Shown: piece after piece, positions 55,347-63,097 of the stretch
Position numbering within the stretch: position 1 is the first letter of the stretch
Layout of the letters: each line of letters starts with the position of its first letter
Source: a virus
Virus record (IMG/VR): IMGVR_UViG_3300042542_002916
Span: 12,206 to 76,205 of that record
Length of the DNA stretch: 64,000 nucleotides
Reading direction: 5' to 3' (one strand)
The notes under the pieces: generated by a model
What the model was told of the DNA's origin: nothing
The model's database searches: none
What the model saw: only the letters and a program-made list of their open reading frames with translations
Program-made: the position numbers and the translations under genes

Positions 55347-55538
55347 CTATGCCTTAGCCGTTCTCTTAGATGTAGTTCTTAGTTTGTAGACATGCCAAGC
55401 ATTGCAAGTGTCGCAACCATAAACAGAGTAAAGCCCTAGCCTGCCGTTTTTATCTTCAGAGTAGGTCTTCATCTGAGCAAAGCGCTCAGCCATGTCTCTG
55501 CTTGAGTAGCGCGTCTTTCTATTACAAATCTTGTTCAC
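55347..55538 (-). CDS. Small Zn-finger-like protein
   Basis: C..K.RY...VYGCDTCNAWH; TATTTT 6 nt upstream of GTG. Confidence 0.65.
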   Translation of the reverse strand: MNKICNRKTRYSSRDMAERFAQMKTYSEDKNGRLGLYSVYGCDTCNAWHVYKLRTTSKRTAKA

Positions 55539-55608
55539 AGGAAGAAAATACTCTTAGAGGGTAAAAAATGCAAGATTAGGGGTTTTAGATTTGCATAAGC
55601 TGGAGCTT

Positions 55609-55788
55609 ATGTTAGAAAAAACACCCCTTGGCGAAAGCGACTACAACCGAGCATTCAGCGAATATCTGAAGTGGCTTGAGAAACATGTTTCACAACTTGA
55701 AGAAGATATTGAGAAGTTGAAGTTCCGCATCGTGGAACTGGAGGGTCAGCTTCGCTGGACCGAGATGGAGCTAAGTAGACATTTCTAA
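55609..55788 (+). CDS. Small coiled-coil protein
   Basis: Heptad pattern; ATG 55609 preceded by TAAGCT at 7 nt. Confidence 0.5.
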   Translation: MLEKTPLGESDYNRAFSEYLKWLEKHVSQLEEDIEKLKFRIVELEGQLRWTEMELSRHF

Positions 55789-55811
55789 GATATAGCCACT
55801 ATCCTGAAAAT

Positions 55812-55937
55812 ATGACTAGTAGAGACACACACGACATAAAAGAGTACGAAAAAGAAAAAGAGCTGGAGTCAAAAAAGACTAAGACTCCAGAAGAAATACA
55901 AGAACTTGAAGACGCATGGTGGCAAGCAATTAAATAG
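55812..55937 (+). CDS. Small protein (41 aa; not in ORF track)
   Basis: MTSRDTHDIKEYEKEKELESKKTKTPEEIQELEDAWWQAIK; TATCCT 6 nt upstream. Confidence 0.6.
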   Translation: MTSRDTHDIKEYEKEKELESKKTKTPEEIQELEDAWWQAIK

Positions 55938-55940
55938 CTG

Positions 55941-55964
55941 ATTTTCCGGGCGCCCACTCCGTTA
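55941..55964 (+). repeat. Dispersed 24-bp repeat, copy 1
   Basis: ATTTTCCGGGCGCCCACTCCGTTA. Confidence 0.85.
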
Positions 55965-56022
55965 TTAAAATCGGCGGAGACTAAAGGAAAAAGGGGGAAA
56001 GGGGTATTTAGGCTTTTATTTC

Positions 56023-56289
56023 TTATCCAAATGTTTTATCCCACGAAGGAGTATCTGGTATCCCCTGTACCTGTCCAGTTTCAACGGAGTGCCAGTGTGG
56101 TGCAAACATTGCATGGTTTTGGTAGTGAATGTTGTGCCATTGAAAATGAGAATAAACCGCTTGATCAGACTGACTTATAGAAATCAAAGCAGAACATATA
56201 GCGCATGAAACTGCTGTCTCCGCAAATAAACCAAGAACAGGTGAACACGAAGCTTTAAACGCATCAAAATCTTTATTTAGATCACTCAT
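56023..56289 (-). CDS. Hypothetical protein, C2H2-like
   Basis: CAIC...HFQWH; GGAG RBS. Confidence 0.55.
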   Translation of the reverse strand: MSDLNKDFDAFKASCSPVLGLFAETAVSCAICSALISISQSDQAVYSHFQWHNIHYQNHAMFAPHWHSVETGQVQGIPDTPSWDKTFG

Positions 56290-56329
56290 TAGTCATCTCC
56301 AATCTAAAGGTCTTAGTGAGTTCATACTA

Positions 56330-56734
56330 TCATTTGTTCTCAGAACGCTTCTTTCGAAGAGCTTCAAAGTCTTTAACTTTTGTGTCTCCCATGTAGCCCC
56401 AAGCGTAGCCACTAGCAATCAAAGCCTCATTGACGGACTTCTCTGCGCCATCAAGAAAGAGCCACCCAAGGATACGACCGTACTTCTCTGAGGAGTCTGG
56501 CTTCTCGGTTTTGATGACAATGGTCTGAGCACTGGCAATAAGTTCGCCAAGCTTCTTTTTAGACTCAAGTCCAAGAGCTTTTTCCATCTTGTCAGTTGTT
56601 CGGGACTCAGGGGTATCAATACCAGCCAAACGAACTCGGGAGGTAAAAGAGATGTCAAAGCCTAAATCAATATCAACATCAATGGTGTCACCGTCTACGA
56701 CCTTGAGGACTTTCTTTACTCGGTACTCGTACAT
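56330..56734 (-). CDS. Thermonuclease (SNase family)
   Basis: VVDGDTI, RVRLAGIDTPE, KYGRILG, VNEALIASGYA. Confidence 0.92.
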   Translation of the reverse strand: MYEYRVKKVLKVVDGDTIDVDIDLGFDISFTSRVRLAGIDTPESRTTDKMEKALGLESKKKLGELIASAQTIVIKTEKPDSSEKYGRILGWLFLDGAEKSVNEALIASGYAWGYMGDTKVKDFEALRKKRSENK

Positions 56735-57012
56735 TACTTAGTCTCTTCTTCCTCTTTAGTGTTGCCAGCGGCAGAAGTGCCATTGAGCATAAATCCTGAA
56801 ATAACGCCTACAAGGAAAGAAACAGTCGTAGAAAGAAGACCAAAGAAGGCTTTGTCGTTCTCGGATTGGACTTCGCCTAAAGGTTGGGTCACGAAAGTGA
56901 CAGCGTAAATAATTGACATTGTTGCACCAAAGACTGTCAGCGCAAGGAGAATACCCACAGTAAAGCGAAGTCGAGCATTGAGTTCATCTGTTGTATAGCG
57001 CTTCTTACTCAT
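56734..57012 (-). CDS. Two-TM membrane protein
   Basis: Likely start MSKKRY overlapping the lipoprotein stop; two TM segments around QP....ENDKAFF. Confidence 0.65.
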   Translation of the reverse strand: MSKKRYTTDELNARLRFTVGILLALTVFGATMSIIYAVTFVTQPLGEVQSENDKAFFGLLSTTVSFLVGVISGFMLNGTSAAGNTKEEEETK

Positions 57013-57256
57013 TCGTGGTTTCCTCGGTGGTAGTTGGGGCATTTTCATATTCGGAATCTTCATCGAAAAGTGGGGTTCCTCTCATAACGTCTTTAGTACA
57101 AACTCCATAAGCTTCGCAGTTTGGAGGTACGCACTCTGGTGCTTCCCAGTTGGCAGGGTCTTGGCATGGATATCTGTAGATATCTTCAAAGGTGTATTTG
57201 CCGCACCCTGTAAGAGTTAGGCATAAGGCGATAACGCCAATTGCTTTTGAAATCAT
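57005..57256 (-). CDS. Cys-rich lipoprotein
   Basis: GGAG RBS; signal with lipobox LTGC; RYPCQDPANW...ECVPPNCEAYGVC. Confidence 0.7.
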   Translation of the reverse strand: MISKAIGVIALCLTLTGCGKYTFEDIYRYPCQDPANWEAPECVPPNCEAYGVCTKDVMRGTPLFDEDSEYENAPTTTEETTNE

Positions 57257-57338
57257 GGCTCTCCAACTACCCGTGTCCAATGGGTGTATCAATTATCGCA
57301 GGTGTGTGGCAAGGCGATTCTGAGGCTAATCTGTTGAT

Positions 57339-57509
57339 ATGGACTTGCTAATGGCGGTTATAACACTCTTGATTAGTGGGACATGGTTGATAGTGACTCT
57401 TCTGTATGTCTTTATAGCCAGCTCTTCCTTTGTTTGGAAACTTGCTGTGTTTGGACCACCAATGCTGATTATGTGGTGGGCACTAAAAACCTACGGAAGA
57501 GCCGACTAG
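57339..57509 (+). CDS. Small two-TM membrane protein (56 aa; not in ORF track)
   Basis: MDLLMAVITLLISGTWLIVTLLYVFIASSSFVWKLAVFGPPMLIMWWALKTYGRAD; TAATCT 6 nt upstream. Confidence 0.6.
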   Translation: MDLLMAVITLLISGTWLIVTLLYVFIASSSFVWKLAVFGPPMLIMWWALKTYGRAD

Positions 57510-57515
57510 ACCTTG

Positions 57516-57539
57516 ATTTTCCGGGCGCCCATTCCGCTA
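57516..57539 (+). repeat. Dispersed 24-bp repeat, copy 2
   Basis: ATTTTCCGGGCGCCCATTCCGCTA (22/24 identical to copy 1). Confidence 0.85.
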
Positions 57540-57550
57540 CTATTGGAGCC

Positions 57551-58084
57551 ATGACAACCATCATCGGAGTTCAGGGGAAAGAAGGGTGTTTGTTGGCTGC
57601 TGACAGCCGTACAACAGGTGAGACAGGCCGCCCTTACTGTCACGAGTTTGTTGAGAAGATTACAGAGCGTGGTCACTACATGATTGCTTGCTCTGGAGAT
57701 GCAGATGCCTGCGACATCATTCAACATCAATGGAATCCGCCAAAGCCACCAAAGCTTGATAAAAGTCATTACAAGTTTATGGTCACTGAGGTTTCTACAA
57801 GCCTCAAGCAATGCTTGAAGGATAAAGGATACGAAAAAGACAAGTCAGATAAAGATTCTGGGTTTCTTGTATTGATTGCTTTGAATGGCACTCTTTATGA
57901 AGTAGATGAGACTTGCACTGTTTCTATGCGCGATGATGGCGTCTATGGGATTGGCAGTGGATCAAAGTATGCAATCGGTGCGCTACAAGCTGGTGCTGAT
58001 TGGAACACGGCTCTTATTATTGCTGAGAAGAATGACATCTATACAGCGCGACCATTTATTTATCGACGCCAAGTAAAAATCTAA
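57551..58084 (+). CDS. Proteasome-beta/HslV-like Ntn-hydrolase (threonine protease)
   Basis: M-TTIIGV...LAADSR...EKI...SG...GIGSGS.YAIGAL...DIYT; true start at ATG 57551. Confidence 0.85.
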   Translation: MTTIIGVQGKEGCLLAADSRTTGETGRPYCHEFVEKITERGHYMIACSGDADACDIIQHQWNPPKPPKLDKSHYKFMVTEVSTSLKQCLKDKGYEKDKSDKDSGFLVLIALNGTLYEVDETCTVSMRDDGVYGIGSGSKYAIGALQAGADWNTALIIAEKNDIYTARPFIYRRQVKI

Positions 58085-58107
58085 ATCTCCGGGCTCTCGT
58101 TCCGTTA
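58084..58107 (+). repeat. Dispersed 24-bp repeat, copy 3
   Basis: AATCTCCGGGCTCTCGTTCCGTTA. Confidence 0.8.
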
Positions 58108-58145
58108 ACAAAGGACGACGAAGCCAAAAGTAGGGGGGGAGGGGG

Positions 58146-58685
58146 TTAGGTGGGTGTGGCTTTCTTCCGTGCTCGGTATTGACGCATGTATTCGGCTTTT
58201 ACCCTTTTAGCCACTCGTGCTCTGGACGCACGATTATGTGTTAAAACACATATTCGACACAAGAAGTAAGAACCATCTCTGCTTGAGTTACGAATGTAAG
58301 CATTCTCTGGAATGCGTGGATGTCCGTTGCGACAGTATTCGGTAGTGCTGGGTCTACCAACAATCTCATCAATTGATTTATTAAGACCGCGTTTTATTGC
58401 ATCTCTATTGTTTTCGTAAGCCGTACCAAGCTCAAGGTGATTTGGGTTTACGCAAATCTTGTTGTCGCAAGTATGCATAACGTAAAAGTCAGAGATTGGT
58501 AAAACACCATCGTTATGATAAACAGCCCAGATGTAACGGTGGGCAGTAACGATGTGCTTTGGTTTGTAAGCAAAAGCTCCGTATCCACTACTTTGAATTG
58601 CAGCTTTCCAGTTCCAGCACTTATTAACTCCTGAGACTTCTACCTTATCCCAGAAGCGCTTAAGACGCCGAAGCTCTTCTTGCAC
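58146..58685 (-). CDS. HNH endonuclease with C-terminal Zn-binding domain
   Basis: CWNW...GYG...AHR...HTCDNKICVNPNHL...N; C.NGH...CRIC. Confidence 0.9.
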   Translation of the reverse strand: MQEELRRLKRFWDKVEVSGVNKCWNWKAAIQSSGYGAFAYKPKHIVTAHRYIWAVYHNDGVLPISDFYVMHTCDNKICVNPNHLELGTAYENNRDAIKRGLNKSIDEIVGRPSTTEYCRNGHPRIPENAYIRNSSRDGSYFLCRICVLTHNRASRARVAKRVKAEYMRQYRARKKATPT

Positions 58686-58710
58686 TTGCGAAAGGTATCA
58701 CTAAAACTAA

Positions 58711-58734
58711 AATCTCCGGGCTCACACTCCGTTA
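58711..58734 (+). repeat. Dispersed 24-bp repeat, copy 4
   Basis: AATCTCCGGGCTCACACTCCGTTA (21/24 identical to copy 3). Confidence 0.8.
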
Positions 58735-58762
58735 TCATTCTCCGAAGCGAAGGGAGGAAATA

Positions 58763-58879
58763 ATGGATCAAGTAAGTGTGATGTTGATGTGTGCGATGGT
58801 TGGCTTTGTGGCTGGTTATGGCTTCGGGCTTGGGATTTTAAAGTTGAATGGTAAGAAACAAGATAAAGTAGACGAGTGA
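58763..58879 (+). CDS. Small single-TM protein (38 aa; not in ORF track)
   Basis: GGAGG RBS; MDQVSVMLMCAMVGFVAGYGFGLGILKLNGKKQDKVDE; GTGA overlap with the next gene. Confidence 0.6.
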   Translation: MDQVSVMLMCAMVGFVAGYGFGLGILKLNGKKQDKVDE

Positions 58880-59598
58880 TATATGAGTGGAAGATGGATG
58901 GAGTAACGAGGAACTTTGGGGACTCGTTATACGAAATACTCCTCCCTTCAGGAACTCGCTACCAATGGGAGATGGACGCTGAGCGTTTTTACTTTCCTGG
59001 TGGAAACTACATCTGCAATGAAGTAATTCTAGAAGTTCTTGCTATGGGTCTTAGACCCGTCTTCTCCCGCTCTGGGTGGAGAGGAACAGAACTAAATAAA
59101 GAGCTTGTAGACCAGTGCGTCTTTCAAAGCGTGAGCGGTCCTCACACAAAAGCAGAACTTGCAAGACATGGCATCGATGTTCATATGGCTGGGCATGTTG
59201 CTTATGACATCCCACTGCAATACATAAAAGCTGAACCAAATGCGCTCGCAATAGTAGTAAGAGGTATTAAAGACCCTTCTGACTACAGCAAACAATCAAT
59301 TTATGAATTAAGCGCTGATGCAATGTTTAGTCCAGTAGTAGATACAGAAACAGATATCTTTGAGTTAATCAAGACAATTTCTGGTGCACGATTTGTGCTT
59401 GCTGGTTCTATGACAGCGGCAGTTGTAGCGCATGCTTTCAACATTCCCTTTGCTCCGTATGACAGTAATGGCTACATTGACTGCCTCCCTAAGTGGTACG
59501 ACTGGTTTGACTCAGTTGGGTTAGGCGAACCTATCTTCTGTACAAATGTCATTGAGGGCCGACTTTGGCACAAAAACTTCGTTATGGGACAAAAATAG
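58876..59598 (+). CDS. Polysaccharide pyruvyl transferase-like protein (ExoV-like, divergent)
   Basis: NFGD.L; SVSGPHT (usually VRGP.T); ISGARFVLAGSM.AAVVAHAFNIP; KWYDW. Confidence 0.6.
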   Translation: MIYEWKMDGVTRNFGDSLYEILLPSGTRYQWEMDAERFYFPGGNYICNEVILEVLAMGLRPVFSRSGWRGTELNKELVDQCVFQSVSGPHTKAELARHGIDVHMAGHVAYDIPLQYIKAEPNALAIVVRGIKDPSDYSKQSIYELSADAMFSPVVDTETDIFELIKTISGARFVLAGSMTAAVVAHAFNIPFAPYDSNGYIDCLPKWYDWFDSVGLGEPIFCTNVIEGRLWHKNFVMGQK

Positions 59599-59629
59599 CC
59601 ACCTTTTCAATGAAGTAATCTATAAAGAT

Positions 59630-60208
59630 ATGGCTTCACAAAAGAAATTGGCTTGGGACTATATCGTTCCAGTCGTACTCCCCAAAGATATTAAAAACGA
59701 GACTCCAGGCAAATTGCCTGCACATCTTCTTACTCCTGCAGCAGGTGGTGGAAAGATGCATTGGATTGCATGTGCAGCATGGAATGCAATGGTTGAGAAA
59801 GCAAAAGCTGAAGGTGTTGTTCTAAAACCAACTTCTGCTGGCGACACATATCGCGATTACGAAATGCAAAAGCGTGGCTTCTTGCAACGCTACCAATTAG
59901 AAGACACTGGCACTGGTGCAACAAAGACCTTTGAAGGTAAGACTTGGTATAAGAAAAAGGGAATGGCAACCTTGGCTACGCCGGGTAAGAGTCAACATAA
60001 TCTTGGCTTGGCTGTTGATGTGCACTCTGCTGGTGAACCAAAGCGTTTGAACTGGCTTGTTGCAAACGTAAAAGAGTTTGGTTTTAGTTGGGAAGTTGTT
60101 CCTGAAGAGCCATGGCACTTGCGCTATGTCTGTGGTGACAAGATTCCAGCGACAGTTGCTGCATATATGCAAGCAAAAGGAATTGTGGCTCCTACACCTA
60201 AAGGCTAG
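59630..60208 (+). CDS. Peptidase M15 (D,D/L,D-peptidase), endolysin-type catalytic domain
   Basis: YR....Q, ATPGKSQHNLGLAVD, EPWHLRY; likely start MASQKK at 59630. Confidence 0.85.
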   Translation: MASQKKLAWDYIVPVVLPKDIKNETPGKLPAHLLTPAAGGGKMHWIACAAWNAMVEKAKAEGVVLKPTSAGDTYRDYEMQKRGFLQRYQLEDTGTGATKTFEGKTWYKKKGMATLATPGKSQHNLGLAVDVHSAGEPKRLNWLVANVKEFGFSWEVVPEEPWHLRYVCGDKIPATVAAYMQAKGIVAPTPKG

Positions 60209-60848
60209 CTCTCGCTTCTAACCATCTATCTAAATCATGTGGATAGTCAAAGTCTTCTGTCCAGTCATCTATCTCTATATAGTGTCCCTTTGACAAATGG
60301 TCTTCAGTTCTACTTCTATAACTTATGCCAAGAAGATGTCTCATCAAAGACCAACCTCCAGCACTGTAGATATCCTGCTGATCTAAAAGAGTGCTGATGC
60401 TTTTACGGAGTGTTTCGTGGATAGAGTCATAAAAAGAAAAAGCGTAAATCTCTGCATAAGGCTTTTTAGTAAAACTAGATGGGCCACTTCGTAATAAAAA
60501 AGTAAAGTCTTCTGTGTCTTGAACAATTGTGGATATTGCTTCATCTGTGTAGTAAGCGTCTCCAAATAAAAGAACTGTTCGTTCGGACCAGAGTTTTTGA
60601 GATGACGAGAACTTGTGCATTTCTAGAGGTGACTTTTTTTCCTCAGGTATAAACAACTCTGAAAACTCGGTCTTGTAAGAGTCATCTGTGCCAACAACAA
60701 AAGTTTTATCTGCGTGTACAGAAATCTGCCTAGTTGTGCGTTGAATTAAAGATTCGCCATCTATCTCTAAAAGATGCTTAGGCACACCTGTGTAGTTGCC
60801 CCAACGTTTGCCTTTTCCTGCTGCTAAGACGATTGCTGTAAAAGTCAA
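60198..60848 (-). CDS. Nucleotidyltransferase (LicC/NTP_transf_3-like)
   Basis: AIVLAAGKGKRW...PKHLL.IDGE.LI.RT; LLFGD; EDFDYPHD. Confidence 0.8.
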   Translation of the reverse strand: MTFTAIVLAAGKGKRWGNYTGVPKHLLEIDGESLIQRTTRQISVHADKTFVVGTDDSYKTEFSELFIPEEKKSPLEMHKFSSSQKLWSERTVLLFGDAYYTDEAISTIVQDTEDFTFLLRSGPSSFTKKPYAEIYAFSFYDSIHETLRKSISTLLDQQDIYSAGGWSLMRHLLGISYRSRTEDHLSKGHYIEIDDWTEDFDYPHDLDRWLEARASL

Positions 60849-60871
60849 TTTTTCCGACTCTCTTTCCGCTA
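60848..60871 (+). repeat. Dispersed repeat, degenerate copy 5
   Basis: ATTTTTCCGACTCTCTTTCCGCTA, followed by CGAAGC and a G-run as in other copies. Confidence 0.55.
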
Positions 60872-60886
60872 TAACGAAACGAAGCG

Positions 60887-61129
60887 CTACTTCCGAGGAA
60901 GGGGGTAGTTTTTGGCGTCGTCTTGAAGAAGTTGTTCGTAGATGGCACCTGGGATCTTGTCGCCTTTGCGTTCATGCGCCTTTAGGTGGTCAATCATTTC
61001 TTGAGTTGACTCTGCTTTAAAGTAGGCTTCAAGAAGGTCGCCAAAAGAACATAGAGAACACTGGACTGGTCCAGCTTCAGTCCGAAATACATACACATCG
61101 TATTCGGGGATTCTTGCGTAAATTGTCAT
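60887..61129 (-). CDS. Small C2H2-like protein
   Basis: CSLC...MIDHLKAH; start MTIYAR with TATGAT 6 nt upstream. Confidence 0.65.
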   Translation of the reverse strand: MTIYARIPEYDVYVFRTEAGPVQCSLCSFGDLLEAYFKAESTQEMIDHLKAHERKGDKIPGAIYEQLLQDDAKNYPLPRK

Positions 61130-61164
61130 AGGAGAATCATACAAGTTTGTCTATACTCTTGTAA

Positions 61165-61356
61165 ATGGGACCAATGCGAACTGAATTTAGAATTTATGAT
61201 GAAGAGTGGGCTAACTCGTTAAGAGCAAAAATCTTGCAATGCATCGTCACTGGGAGAGACCCAATCGTTGTTGTAGGTCCAGAAATACTCTCGGCTTATA
61301 CGGATGAGAAGATAGGTTTTGTCTTTACAAATGAAGACAGACTGTGGAAGGATTGA
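61165..61356 (+). CDS. Hypothetical protein
   Basis: TATACT 7 nt upstream; N-terminus resembles the next gene (FRIYDEEWA / FEIRDPEWA). Confidence 0.55.
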   Translation: MGPMRTEFRIYDEEWANSLRAKILQCIVTGRDPIVVVGPEILSAYTDEKIGFVFTNEDRLWKD

Positions 61357-61359
61357 CCT

Positions 61360-61665
61360 ATGCGCGAATTTATGAAGTTTGAGATTAGAGACCCTGAGTG
61401 GGCAACCAACATTCAAAATGAGTTGGAAGAATATATGGGTGGTCTTTATGACTCTATAGAAGCCGACTTTGATTCGCCTGAAGCAGACCCTTTTACAGAA
61501 AGTGGTATTCCCTTCTGTGGATGCAATGTCTGCGAAGGAAGAGAGATTCTCTCATTCTTATCCCCAAGAATTATTAAGGGCTATCTGAATAAGCAGATTG
61601 GTTTTTATGAAACCGATGAGTCTGAGATTGTTGAATATTTAGAAGCTGAGATTGTAGAAGACTAA
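61360..61665 (+). CDS. Hypothetical acidic protein with FCGCNVC motif
   Basis: 101-aa ORF in operon. Confidence 0.6.
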   Translation: MREFMKFEIRDPEWATNIQNELEEYMGGLYDSIEADFDSPEADPFTESGIPFCGCNVCEGREILSFLSPRIIKGYLNKQIGFYETDESEIVEYLEAEIVED

Positions 61666-61898
61666 AACTCTTCTTCCTCTGAGCCTTCCTCATCTGTATC
61701 CATCCCTGTAAAAACAATCTCATCTTGCATTGATTCATTAACAATCATAGAGACAAGACGCAGAGCTTGAATCTCAATGAACCCAGCTTTTATTAAAGAC
61801 TTATAGAGTTCAAACATTTGAATTGCATCTAGGTCTAAAGGACTAACATTTAGCTCTTTAGAGAAAGCTTCAAAGTCCGAGTCTTCTGATTTGCTCAT
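61662..61898 (-). CDS. Hypothetical acidic protein
   Basis: SPLD..AIQMFELYKSLIKAGF...QAL; TACAAT 6 nt upstream. Confidence 0.65.
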   Translation of the reverse strand: MSKSEDSDFEAFSKELNVSPLDLDAIQMFELYKSLIKAGFIEIQALRLVSMIVNESMQDEIVFTGMDTDEEGSEEEEF

Positions 61899-61923
61899 GT
61901 ATCAATTGTAGAACTATTAATCA

Positions 61924-63000
61924 TTATGCATTTTCTCCGATGTATTCATGTGAGAAAGACCAACGTTCAGGATTCAATTGCCAACGCATGTTTTCTCTCG
62001 CAACCAGACCATCTTTACGCTTCATGTGATTCTTTGATGTTGGTTTCCATAATTTAGAACTGTCTCTATATCCGCCCAGTCGTGGATGTGAAGTCTTGCT
62101 GAAGTAACGCTTTCCATTATCAAGATAATGCTGAGCAACAATCTCGGAGAGTCTTGGACCAAAACCAAAGCCTTGATAGTCAGGATGTATGACTAACCTA
62201 TGCTCACGCCAAGCATTTTGAACAGTTCCAGACGGATAAGTCATGGAAGCAACAAAGCCAACTAGCTGTCCTTCCCAGAGTGCCACATAGCTGTGTGATG
62301 CCTTGTTGAGCTTCTCGGAGAGATAGTGGTATTGAGAGAAGTAGCTCCAAATGGAGTTGTGGGCAGAATAAACTTTGAGAGCCAGTTGAGGTCGTTGAAG
62401 ATACCTTTCCGAGGTCCACTCACCAAGATCGGTATCAATAACCCAATCTGGTTCGAGGAACTCAAGGATGTCGCGGTGGACGGTTGCAACAACCATGTTC
62501 TTTACATTGTTCGCTCTTACATATCTAGCCATTGATGTTGATGCTGCTTTAGCGACATTTCTATCTACAACTGATGTGAACTCATCAATAGTTAATCCGT
62601 CTTTTAATTGTCTTGCAAGATCTGCTCTAAACTTCTGTCCGTTAGATAAAACTCCGTAAGGCTTAACCCACTCTGGTACAGACATAAGACCAGCAGCAGA
62701 TAAACGCTCATTAGCATCTACTGGATTATCAAAGTGGGAAGCAATTGACTTTTTAAAGTTCCAAGAGACCATCATTGGTTGAGCAAAGTGTCTAAGAAGA
62801 GTTGACTTACCACTTCCTGATGCTCCAACAATTACACCGATGTTCCATTCCTTAGGAAAGTCATCAGGGATTAGGTATGGATAGAAACTCTCTGTTCCAT
62901 CTGATTGATAATCAAAAGGAGTGATGAGTTCTTTTGTAAGGTCATCTAATTCGACTGTACTTGTTAAAGGTGTTTCAGACCGAATAAGTTTTTCCCACAT
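61924..63000 (-). CDS. ABC-type ATPase fused to GNAT acetyltransferase
   Basis: GASGSGKST, LSNGQKFR, IDEFTSVVDR, H-loop; C-terminal YHYLS...RLVIHPDYQGFGFG...TSHP. Confidence 0.88.
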   Translation of the reverse strand: MWEKLIRSETPLTSTVELDDLTKELITPFDYQSDGTESFYPYLIPDDFPKEWNIGVIVGASGSGKSTLLRHFAQPMMVSWNFKKSIASHFDNPVDANERLSAAGLMSVPEWVKPYGVLSNGQKFRADLARQLKDGLTIDEFTSVVDRNVAKAASTSMARYVRANNVKNMVVATVHRDILEFLEPDWVIDTDLGEWTSERYLQRPQLALKVYSAHNSIWSYFSQYHYLSEKLNKASHSYVALWEGQLVGFVASMTYPSGTVQNAWREHRLVIHPDYQGFGFGPRLSEIVAQHYLDNGKRYFSKTSHPRLGGYRDSSKLWKPTSKNHMKRKDGLVARENMRWQLNPERWSFSHEYIGENA

Positions 63001-63097
63001 GAATAGAAGTTAGCAGAAACCGTGTTAAATGTCCAGGCCATCTGTTATGGTAAAAATAACATTTGACTTTTGTGATGAAAGATAGTAGGATAGATTT

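Noticed and set aside
57383-57550. N-terminal extension of the protease ORF as a propeptide
   Set aside because: It overlaps a better 56-aa membrane ORF and the repeat; ATG 57551 has its own -10 and gives the canonical Thr1.
55941-60871. 24-bp repeats as a CRISPR array
   Set aside because: Spacing is 0.6-2.1 kb with whole genes between copies; the Cas4-like nuclease belongs to the Sak4/SSB recombination cassette.
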